DNA from: Thermoproteus tenax Kra 1
GTDB taxonomy: Archaea; Thermoproteota; Thermoprotei; Thermoproteales; Thermoproteaceae
Reading direction: 5' to 3'
Assembly (NCBI RefSeq): GCF_000253055.1
Contig: NC_016070.1
Location: 720,001-752,000 of the forward strand
Length of the DNA: 32,000 nucleotides
Shown: one piece after another, positions 24,701 through 32,000 of the stretch
Numbering within the stretch: position 1 is the first letter of the stretch
Layout of the letters: each line of letters begins with the position of its first letter
The notes under the pieces: generated by a model
Seen by the model: the letters and a program-made list of their open reading frames with translations, nothing else
Told to the model about the DNA's origin: nothing
The model's database searches: none
Position numbers and translations under genes: made by a program

Positions 24701-27646
24701 ATGACGCCCTCAGCATATGATCCTTTAAAGATAGAGGAGGAGGTAAGGGCGTTCTGGGACGAGAGGGAGATACCTAAAAAGTGGCGCGCGTTTGATCAGA
24801 AAGCTGAGAGGAGGTTCACATTTCTAGAGGGCCCGCCGACTACGAACGGCTTCCCTCACGTGGGACACATCAGGGGTAGAACCTACAAGGATGTAGTATT
24901 AAGGTTCTGGAGATCTCGTGGCTTCTCGGTCTGGGCCCAGGGAGGTTGGGACATGCAAGGGCTTCCCGTAGAGCTCGAAGTAGAGCAGAGGCAAGGGCTA
25001 AAGAGCAAGAAGGATATAGAGAAGTTCGGCGTAGATAAATTCGTCCAAGAATGTAATAAATTGGACGACTACTACTTACAATTCTGGGAGGAATGGGGCA
25101 CTAAACGGCTCGGCCTCTGGTTAGACCTAGAAAACGCCTATCAGACCAGAAAACCTCAGTACATAGAGTATGCCTGGCGTCTACTTAAGAGGGCTCACGA
25201 GAAGGGGCTCCTGGCCGAGGACTATAGGGTGCTCTGGTTCTGTCCCAGGTGTGAGACCTCGTTGAGCGACCACGAGGTCGATCTAGGCTACGCCGAGAGG
25301 GAGGATCCATCTATATATGTAAAGTTTAGAGTTGAAGGCGAGGAGGATGAGTACTTGGTGATCTGGACTACTACGCCTTGGACTATAGTAGATAATGAGG
25401 CCGTGGCGGTGGCTCCCGACGTGGCCTATGCCAAAGTAGAGGTTTCCTGGGAGGGAAGAAGGGAGAGGTGGTGGATGGCCGAGAAGCTTGTGCCCCAGCT
25501 AATGCAGATGTTCGGCATTAGGGAGTGGAGGGTTCTGGAGATCAAGAATGGAAAAGAGTTGGCAGGCTTGCGCTACATCCATCCTCTCGCCGAGGAGGTG
25601 CCTGAGAGGGCGACCAGACAGCACCAAGTCTATCCAGCAGATTTCGTAACGTTGGAGCAAGGGACGGGTCTCGTGCATGTGGCTCCCGGCCATGGTCCCG
25701 AGGACTTTGAGCTGGCTCTGAAGTACGGCATAAGAGTAACTAACAGCGTTGAGATAAACGGCATTTACAACCAGCTCGGCGGGAAGTACGCAGGGATGTA
25801 TGTATTCGATGTAGATAAAAAGGTTATCGAGGACCTTAAGGCCAAAGGCCTGTTGGTCTATAAGTCGTCAATAAGGCACGAGTATCCGCATTGTTGGAGG
25901 TGCGGCACCAAGCTCATTTTGAGGGCCGATAGACAGTGGTTCATCAGAATATCTGTGTTAAGGGAAAGGATGTACGACGAGCTGAAAAAGGTCAAAATAT
26001 ATCCGGAGAAGCTCAGATACAGATTCGACGACTTCGTTAGGAATGCGCGAGATTGGAACATTAGCAGGAGCAGATTCTGGGGTACCCCGCTACCTATATG
26101 GCGTTGTAAGAAGGACGGGAGGATACTAGTGATTGGAAGTATAGAGGAGCTAAAGAGATTGGCCAAGGAGCTTCCTCCAGTCGATGACTTCTGGCTAGTA
26201 CATCGTCCTTGGATAGATCAAGTGAAGCTCTCGACGCCCGACTGCGATGAGTGGATCAGAGAGCCCTACGTGGCCGACGTCTGGATGGACTCAGGAATAG
26301 CGTGGATCGCGGCCGTGGACGGCGAGAGGAACCCAGAGCTCTGGAGCGCGCTCTATCCGTTTAGTTGGGTCACAGAAGCGATAGATCAGACTAGAGGGTG
26401 GTTCTATAGCCTTTTGGCAACGTCCATGGTATACCTCGGCAGAGCGCCCTATAAGTCTATACTTATCAGCGGCCACATACTGGACAAACAAGGCCAGAAG
26501 ATGTCTAAGAGCAAGGGGAACGTAGTGTGGGCCAAGGACTTATTGAGTAAATATGGCGCCGATCCAACTAGGCTTTACCTGCTTACCAAGGCAGCCCCAT
26601 GGGAGGCGCTGAACTTTGACCCAGACGAGATAAAATATGCGCTGAGCCAGTTGAACATATTATGGAATGTTGTTAAATTCGCCGATACATACATGCAGCT
26701 CGACGGCTTCAATGCACAGAAACATACTCTGCCCACAATGATCCACAAGGCGCTGGACGAGGACAGATGGCTATTGTCGGAGACCAATTTGCTGATACAA
26801 AGAGTAGCCAAACACATGGAGAACTTCGAGATACACGAGGCCGCGAAGGCCTGGGTCGATTTCATAGTGGAGACGCTCAGCCACCGCTACATAAGGTTGC
26901 TCAGAAGGAGGGTATGGACCGAGGAGCCGCGCGAGGACAAATACGCTGCATACGCGGTTCTGTTTCATGCGCTGAGATCGGCGTTAATAATAGGGGGGAT
27001 CTTTGTGCCTCATGTGGCCGAGTATTTGTGGCAACACTTCATTAGGAAGTACGATCAAAATGCCGCCGAGTCAGTCCATTTGGCACAGTATCCGGAGCCG
27101 GGCGAGGTGGACGAGGAGTTAGTCAAGTCGTTCGACGAGCTCTTCACGGTATTCTCGATAGCAGCCGAGGCCAGAAACAAGGCTGGAATAAAGCTGAGGT
27201 GGCCCATCTCAAGGCTCATAGTCAAAGGCGCTCAGATGGCTCTGAAACACGCAGATCTGTTGGCCTATCTGGCCAACGCGAAGGTCGTCGAGGAGGGCGA
27301 GTGCTCTGCCGACTGGATCGTCCATGAAGAGAGAGGCATAACTGTATGTATACCCAGAAAGTTGGACAGCGAGTTGTTCTACGAGGCACTGGCGAGGGAA
27401 TTAGTGAGACGAGTCCAAGTGATGAGGAAGGAGGCAGGGCTATCTATTGAGGACTTTATAGAACTATATATAGAGACTGAGGCCCAAGATCTCAGGGATG
27501 CAGTCAAACACTTCGGCCAATATATTGCCAACGAGGTGAGGGCAACAAGACTAGAGCTAGGCGTGGGCCCCTCTGGTCTCTATAGCAGGGAGTGGACTAT
27601 CGAGGATATGAGAGTCAAGATATATCTGAAGAAGGCGACTAGATAG
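24701..27646 (+). CDS. ileS: Isoleucyl-tRNA synthetase
   Basis: 981 aa class I aaRS. It has a HIGH-type motif in GPPTTNGFPHVGHIRGR, GWDMQGLPVE, an editing-domain insertion, and KMSKS (QKMSKSKGN). The N-terminal pattern is the IleRS type rather than LeuRS or ValRS. A TATA box, AAATTTTATATTA, lies about 27 nt upstream. Confidence 0.95.
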   Translation: MTPSAYDPLKIEEEVRAFWDEREIPKKWRAFDQKAERRFTFLEGPPTTNGFPHVGHIRGRTYKDVVLRFWRSRGFSVWAQGGWDMQGLPVELEVEQRQGLKSKKDIEKFGVDKFVQECNKLDDYYLQFWEEWGTKRLGLWLDLENAYQTRKPQYIEYAWRLLKRAHEKGLLAEDYRVLWFCPRCETSLSDHEVDLGYAEREDPSIYVKFRVEGEEDEYLVIWTTTPWTIVDNEAVAVAPDVAYAKVEVSWEGRRERWWMAEKLVPQLMQMFGIREWRVLEIKNGKELAGLRYIHPLAEEVPERATRQHQVYPADFVTLEQGTGLVHVAPGHGPEDFELALKYGIRVTNSVEINGIYNQLGGKYAGMYVFDVDKKVIEDLKAKGLLVYKSSIRHEYPHCWRCGTKLILRADRQWFIRISVLRERMYDELKKVKIYPEKLRYRFDDFVRNARDWNISRSRFWGTPLPIWRCKKDGRILVIGSIEELKRLAKELPPVDDFWLVHRPWIDQVKLSTPDCDEWIREPYVADVWMDSGIAWIAAVDGERNPELWSALYPFSWVTEAIDQTRGWFYSLLATSMVYLGRAPYKSILISGHILDKQGQKMSKSKGNVVWAKDLLSKYGADPTRLYLLTKAAPWEALNFDPDEIKYALSQLNILWNVVKFADTYMQLDGFNAQKHTLPTMIHKALDEDRWLLSETNLLIQRVAKHMENFEIHEAAKAWVDFIVETLSHRYIRLLRRRVWTEEPREDKYAAYAVLFHALRSALIIGGIFVPHVAEYLWQHFIRKYDQNAAESVHLAQYPEPGEVDEELVKSFDELFTVFSIAAEARNKAGIKLRWPISRLIVKGAQMALKHADLLAYLANAKVVEEGECSADWIVHEERGITVCIPRKLDSELFYEALARELVRRVQVMRKEAGLSIEDFIELYIETEAQDLRDAVKHFGQYIANEVRATRLELGVGPSGLYSREWTIEDMRVKIYLKKATR

Positions 27647-28003
27647 CTATTTATAGAGTCTTAGGTATCCAGTTACGGAGTCTATCAATTGATCCGGCCC
27701 AGGCCCTATACATAGGGCCGTCGCAGTGCCGGGCTCCAGTTCTGTGAGACCGGCATCCCGTATAAGCTCAACGGGCAGGCCCAGTGCTTGGGCCTTGCCC
27801 CTTAATTTCTCCAGCTCCTCTAAGCTCTGAGCCGCCAAGACCACCTTCTTCTGTCCCTCTTGTAGCCACTGATCTAGCCAATCTCTCCACTTCGATGAGT
27901 TCAGTGCCTTGAGCGTGCACTCGACCGCCGCATGGCCCGCTTGTGCTGCTGCCTTCCCACAAGACATAGATATGTCATTTCTCAGCACTATCACCATCTT
28001 CAT
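27647..28003 (-). CDS. pth: Peptidyl-tRNA hydrolase, archaeal Pth2 type
   Basis: 118 aa. MVIVLRNDISMSCGKAAAQAGHAAV and the C-terminal LIRDAGLTELEPGTATALCIGP are classic Pth2 blocks. The start overlaps the Nudix gene stop (28000-28003). Confidence 0.9.
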   Translation of the reverse strand: MKMVIVLRNDISMSCGKAAAQAGHAAVECTLKALNSSKWRDWLDQWLQEGQKKVVLAAQSLEELEKLRGKAQALGLPVELIRDAGLTELEPGTATALCIGPGPDQLIDSVTGYLRLYK

Positions 28004-28425
28004 CTCGCCCTGATTAATAGCCTTTCGATAAAAGAGTTGGCCTTAATGAGGACCCGCCTCATCTCATCGCGGGAGAGGCGGAGAAGCGCATCGGCGTAAT
28101 CCAGCCAAGCGTAATCGTCGTGCTCGCTCGAGAGAATTACCTCTCCGCCGGCCGCCTTAGCCAAATACATAACGATCTCCTTGTATATCGTTCTACCGCC
28201 CCTGGAGAAGCGCAGGAAGACGTTCTCGCGGAACCCTGGCACAAACTCTACCTTTAGATGAGTCTCCTCGTAGATCTCCCTCAGAGCGGCCGCCTCCTCT
28301 GTCTCGTTCTGTCTAATGAGGCCGTGGGGGAAATCCCAACCCAACCTGTTGTGGAGAACCAAATACAGAGGCCTCTCCTCAATTAAATATATGACAGCTC
28401 CGGCAGCTCTCTGAGCAGAGCTCAC
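28000..28425 (-). CDS. Nudix hydrolase
   Basis: 141 aa with a GTG start. The Nudix box is GLIRQNETEEAAALREIYEETHL (G.5E.7REU.EE.GU pattern). A GTTTTAAAAAAAGG box lies 20-33 nt upstream. Confidence 0.85.
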   Translation of the reverse strand: MSSAQRAAGAVIYLIEERPLYLVLHNRLGWDFPHGLIRQNETEEAAALREIYEETHLKVEFVPGFRENVFLRFSRGGRTIYKEIVMYLAKAAGGEVILSSEHDDYAWLDYADALLRLSRDEMRRVLIKANSFIERLLIRAR

Positions 28426-28471
28426 AAGAACGTTCTATTTCCTTTTTTTAAAACTTATATCTTGCGGGAGA

Positions 28472-28822
28472 CTACAAGGTCATTATAGCATAGATAACCA
28501 ACGGAACGATTATTATAATCAGAGCCGCCGTCATCCAGTTCACGTACCTCATGCCTCTATTGCTCTTAACAAGGTCGGAGAGAAACCTTCTGAGGCCCAA
28601 AACGCCGTGCGTGCTCCACGCAGCAGCTATAGTGGCCTCCAATATCTTCAGCGTCGGGTTAACCATGGCAACGCCCTCTGGATATACTGTGATGGGGTTC
28701 GAGGTGAGGACTTCCTTGAGCGGTACATACATAGGCAGTAGAACTAGGAACACAACCCCTATCATTATAACAACATAGAGGGCGAGGGCCAAGAATATCA
28801 GCCTGATTAATCCCTCGCTCAT
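28472..28822 (-). CDS. sdhD: Succinate dehydrogenase membrane anchor subunit (SdhD-like)
   Basis: 116 aa with three hydrophobic helices. The start overlaps the sdhC stop and this is the last gene of the sdh cluster. The assignment rests on position and topology, not on motifs. Confidence 0.6.
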   Translation of the reverse strand: MSEGLIRLIFLALALYVVIMIGVVFLVLLPMYVPLKEVLTSNPITVYPEGVAMVNPTLKILEATIAAAWSTHGVLGLRRFLSDLVKSNRGMRYVNWMTAALIIIIVPLVIYAIMTL

Positions 28823-29301
28823 GGCCTAAACACGCCTCCGAATGCCACAAGATATGGCAGATATATCAAAGCTATTACCGCCGCTGCTATCATCAGTGCG
28901 TTATAAATAAGGTGGCTCCTAGACCTCCTCAGCGCGGGCACGTTTCTTATGGGATGTCTCAGAGGCCATCCTCTGATGATGCCGAACTCTATGAATATTA
29001 TACGGATCCCGTTGAGCCCGTGGAAGGCTAGGAAGACCAGAAACAGGGCAGCCAAAATCTTACCTGGGACAGTCATATCGAACTGAGATACCAGCGCTGG
29101 GCTTACAAAGGCATCAAATAATACTCTATATAAAATCAAATAGAAGAACATATAAAGTCCACTAATCCTCTGGATAGTAAAATACAACCTTTCATAGTTT
29201 ATTACTCTGAACCATTCCCCAACGCCCATGCCGGATCTCATATTAGCAACATTCTCCAACGAATATACGTGTGGATTTCGCCTACTGTTGTGATCGCTCA
29301 T
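28819..29301 (-). CDS. sdhC: Succinate dehydrogenase cytochrome b-type membrane subunit (SdhC-like)
   Basis: 160 aa. It has QRISGLYMFFYL (the R.SG motif) and FHGLNGIRII (the H...G.R haem-ligand region). The start overlaps the sdhB stop. Confidence 0.7.
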   Translation of the reverse strand: MSDHNSRRNPHVYSLENVANMRSGMGVGEWFRVINYERLYFTIQRISGLYMFFYLILYRVLFDAFVSPALVSQFDMTVPGKILAALFLVFLAFHGLNGIRIIFIEFGIIRGWPLRHPIRNVPALRRSRSHLIYNALMIAAAVIALIYLPYLVAFGGVFRP

Positions 29302-30011
29302 AGCCTTTTAGCTCTCCTGAGTATTGCAGACTTCACCAGTTGTATAGCGAAGCCGGGATCAACGCCGCGGGGACACACTGCCGAACATGTGTACGCCAGG
29401 TGGCAGGACCACACGCCATCGTTCGTGTCAACAATCTTGGCGCGTTCAGCCCAGCCCCTATCCCTACTATCGGCGCTCCACCTATAGGTTGCCGCCAAAG
29501 CCATGGGCCCCAAAAATCTGGGATTCGTAGCGACTACAGGACAGGCCGACATACAAAGGCCACACTCTATACAATAGGCGAAGTTGTAATATTTGTCCAG
29601 CTCCTCCGGCCTCTGGCCGAACTCTTTGTCAGACTCGAAGAGCTCCTTTGTGTCGCGGACTATATACGGCTTTATCTGTCTCAGCTTCTCGAAGTTAGGC
29701 TCGGTGTCGACGACTAGATCCTTTATAACTCTATGGTTCCACATGGGCTCCACTGTGATTACATCGTCCTTTATTTCCGTCAACAGAGTCTGACAAGCCA
29801 GCCTGGGCACTCCGTTTATCACCATGCCACAAGATCCACATATAGCCATACGACATGAGTATCTTACAGCGAGGGTAGGATCAACTTCCTCCTTTATTTT
29901 CAACAACACGTCTAACACAGAGATCTTCCTCGACTTTATATCGACCTTATATTCCTGCCACCAACTCCTCTCGCCGTTGAAGCGTTTAACTTTGACGGTG
30001 AGCGTGGGCAT
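29298..30011 (-). CDS. sdhB: Succinate dehydrogenase iron-sulfur subunit
   Basis: 237 aa with three Cys clusters: CRMAICGSCG...C (2Fe-2S), CIECGLCMSACP (4Fe-4S) and CHLAYTCSAVCPRGV (3Fe-4S). Confidence 0.9.
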   Translation of the reverse strand: MPTLTVKVKRFNGERSWWQEYKVDIKSRKISVLDVLLKIKEEVDPTLAVRYSCRMAICGSCGMVINGVPRLACQTLLTEIKDDVITVEPMWNHRVIKDLVVDTEPNFEKLRQIKPYIVRDTKELFESDKEFGQRPEELDKYYNFAYCIECGLCMSACPVVATNPRFLGPMALAATYRWSADSRDRGWAERAKIVDTNDGVWSCHLAYTCSAVCPRGVDPGFAIQLVKSAILRRAKRL

Positions 30012-30013
30012 GG

Positions 30014-31762
30014 TTAATACTTCCTTTCCTCCAACTTAGTCCATTTGGTTATTCTCACAGGCGCATACGTCAGCCTTATCTGGCCGCCATCTAGATATGC
30101 GATGGTGTGCTTAAGCCAGTTGGCATCATCGCGTTTAGGATAGTCCAAACGATAATGGGCCCCCCTTGACTCTTGTCTTGACAACGCTCCATAGGCTATG
30201 GCCAACGCTACCTCGATCATACCATCGAGCTCCAACGCATCTTTAAGGTTCTGGTTATAGACTCTGCTTCTGTCCTCAATCCTGACTTTGGCTATATCCT
30301 CTTTGATCTTAAGCAACTTCGGGATACCCTCCTTCATGACCGATTCGTGTCTGAAGGGCCCGAAGTGCTGCTCCATGGTGTCTTGGAGACGCCCTTTCAA
30401 CTCATAGACCGATATGCCCCCTGTCTCCGTATGGAGCAGCCTGTCGAATATTCTGGACTCCTCAGATTGAGCCACCTCCTTGTAATGTCCGTCAAGAGCA
30501 GGCGAGGGCTTCTCCAGGGCGTACTTAGCCGCGGCCTCGCCGGTCAGTCTTCCCCAGACCGAGCATTCGCTGAGCGAGTTGGAGCCGAGTCTGTTCGCGC
30601 CGTGGACGCTTATAGCCGCGGCCTCGCCCGCTACCCAGAGGCCTCTAACCCACTGGCCGTCCGCCGTCAGCGCACGCCCATATGTATCAGCGTTTATGCC
30701 TCCCATAGTATAGTGGACGGCCGGTCTAACGGGTATAAGCTCAGTAAGGGGATCTATTCCAACGTACTTGTGGGCCAGCTCTCTTATGAACGGTATCTTT
30801 TGATTTAACACGTCCTCGCCCAAATGTCTTAGATCAAGCCCGACGTAGCCCATGCCGCTCTCTTCGTGCACAAAGCCGCGTCCCTCGGCTATCTCTGTCA
30901 ATATAGCTCTCGACACTATATCCCGGGGCGCCAGCTCCATCTTCTGCGGCGCGTACCGCTTCATGAACCTCTCGCCCTCCTTGTTGACGAGGTAGCCCCC
31001 CTCGCCTCTGGCTGCCTCGCTCACGAGTATACCGCTGGGAACTAGAGCGGTCGGATGCCACTGGACGAACTCCATGTCTTTTAGCGCCAGGCCCGCTCTT
31101 AGGGCATACCCCAACATCTCCCCAGTAGTCGAGTGGGCCGTCGTAGTGAACCTATACAGTCTGCCCGCCCCCCCAGTTGCTATTATGGCGGCCTTTGCCA
31201 AAAAGAGCCTGAGCTCCCCGGTCTTCAGATCTATAGCTGTAGCGCCCTTAAATTCATTATTTTCAATTATTAATTTTGTTACAAAATGCTCATGATATTG
31301 TTTAATATTACTAAATCTTAATATATTTTGATATAAGGTTGACATGATAAAAAATCCAGTTTTGTCGGCCGCAAATGTAGTTCGGGGTATCGACATCCCT
31401 CCGAAGGCTCTTTGGTACATCCGTCCATCGGGCAGACGGCTCCAAGGCACTCCGATCCGCTCAAGGAATCTGACCTCAGAGGGGGCCGATTGAACTAACA
31501 GCTCAACGGCATCCTGGTCTGCTAGAAAGTCGGCGCCCTTTATGGTATCGTAGGCGTGAAGCTCTAGGCTGTCCCCAGTCTTATCGGGATACAGGACGGC
31601 CGACATACCGCCCTCGGCAGAGACGGAGTGGGACCTCATCACTTGGACCTTGCTTATGATCGCTATATCGAGATTGCCTCCGACATACGCCGCCTGTAGA
31701 GCAGCTCTGAGGCCCGCAATACCTGAGCCTATGATCAGCAGATCGTGCCTTAAAATCTCCAT
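30014..31762 (-). CDS. sdhA: Succinate dehydrogenase flavoprotein subunit
   Basis: 582 aa. It has the FAD dinucleotide fold [15 protein letters not shown], the covalent-FAD His region [28 protein letters not shown] and [16 protein letters not shown] box, AATTATATATAAT, lies about 20-35 nt upstream. Confidence 0.95.
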   Translation of the reverse strand: MEILRHDLLIIGSGIAGLRAALQAAYVGGNLDIAIISKVQVMRSHSVSAEGGMSAVLYPDKTGDSLELHAYDTIKGADFLADQDAVELLVQSAPSEVRFLERIGVPWSRLPDGRMYQRAFGGMSIPRTTFAADKTGFFIMSTLYQNILRFSNIKQYHEHFVTKLIIENNEFKGATAIDLKTGELRLFLAKAAIIATGGAGRLYRFTTTAHSTTGEMLGYALRAGLALKDMEFVQWHPTALVPSGILVSEAARGEGGYLVNKEGERFMKRYAPQKMELAPRDIVSRAILTEIAEGRGFVHEESGMGYVGLDLRHLGEDVLNQKIPFIRELAHKYVGIDPLTELIPVRPAVHYTMGGINADTYGRALTADGQWVRGLWVAGEAAAISVHGANRLGSNSLSECSVWGRLTGEAAAKYALEKPSPALDGHYKEVAQSEESRIFDRLLHTETGGISVYELKGRLQDTMEQHFGPFRHESVMKEGIPKLLKIKEDIAKVRIEDRSRVYNQNLKDALELDGMIEVALAIAYGALSRQESRGAHYRLDYPKRDDANWLKHTIAYLDGGQIRLTYAPVRITKWTKLEERKY

Positions 31763-31825
31763 GACAGATAATCGATGTCATTATATATAATTATTCTACG
31801 GCGAGCGCTACAAGCAATCTTCTGT

Positions 31826-31837
31826 AAATTTTTAAAG
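31826..31837 (+). promoter_or_regulatory. BRE/TATA box (AAATTTTTAAAG), divergent from the sdhA promoter
   Basis: This is the same 12-mer as the tRNA-Trp promoter. It is centred about 25 nt upstream of a GTG (31856) that opens a frame running to the window end. Confidence 0.4.
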
Positions 31838-31855
31838 AAATATCACGACTAATCC

Positions 31856-32000
31856 GTGAGCCCGGAGGTTCTAAAGGTCTCAGTCTCAGAGAGGAGCGGC
31901 GCAGATACATGTACGGGCCAAAAGATAGCGCGATGCTGTCTTGGAAACATATGTATAGATGCGCCCGTGGACTCGAACGTAAAATCCGGCGCATATAGCG
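31856..32000 (+). CDS. Possible 5' end of an unidentified gene (runs off the right window edge)
   Basis: The hand-translated frame from GTG 31856 is open for 48 codons to the edge: VSPEVLKVSVSERSGADTCTGQKIARCCLGNICIDAPVDSNVKSGAYS. The TATA spacing fits a leaderless start. A competing minus-strand frame (31791-32000) is also open but has poor R/S/L-rich composition. No family was recognised. Confidence 0.25.
   Translation, partial: MSPEVLKVSVSERSGADTCTGQKIARCCLGNICIDAPVDSNVKSGAYS

Noticed and set aside
31791-32000. Minus-strand frame open to the right window edge (track ORF 31791-31994)
   Set aside because: It is R/S/L-rich and poor in acidic and aromatic residues. It would terminate inside the sdhA promoter. 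The plus-strand frame from GTG 31856 has the better promoter spacing, though neither frame is secure.

Overview
This 32-kb window looks like chromosomal DNA from a hyperthermophilic crenarchaeon, most consistent with Thermoproteales (Thermoproteus/Pyrobaculum-like). The lineage call is inference from gene content and gene architecture. Supporting traits are TATA boxes about 27 nt upstream of ATG/GTG starts (leaderless genes), intron-containing tRNAs including one non-canonical intron, and a ThiD-ThiN fusion. Bax1/DUF790, UPF0282, archaeal DTD2 and Pth2 also fit. I support about 28 protein genes and 3 tRNAs. The genes include a truncated dtdA, a Zn-ADH, two M20 peptidase paralogs, bax1, an MscS channel, an aminotransferase and a GH57 enzyme. 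They also include an Lhr-type helicase, a WtpABC-like oxyanion transporter, thiDN, ileS, pth2, a Nudix hydrolase and sdhABCD. The tRNAs are Val-TAC with an intron, Trp-CCA without one, and Glu-TTC with a D-arm insertion. I saw no CRISPR array, integrase, transposase or recognisable defence system. Three things are not explained by ordinary annotation. (1) Three paralogous, very GC-rich, roughly 260-nt non-coding elements sit in intergenic gaps at about 12.9, 16.2 and 23.0 kb. Two of them share a 106-nt perfectly identical core in inverted orientation, and each is preceded by a short palindrome plus a TATA-like box. They could be a structured-RNA family or a non-autonomous repeat. (2) A 3.3-kb AT-rich island (M20 peptidase, DUF3311 membrane protein, Na+/solute symporter) is bracketed by direct repeats. 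The repeats are a duplicated 3' end of a pilin-like gene. (3) A roughly 115-nt patch of about 20% GC lies inside sdhA, at a normally conserved active-site segment. All functional calls come from motif recognition by eye, and no database search was possible.
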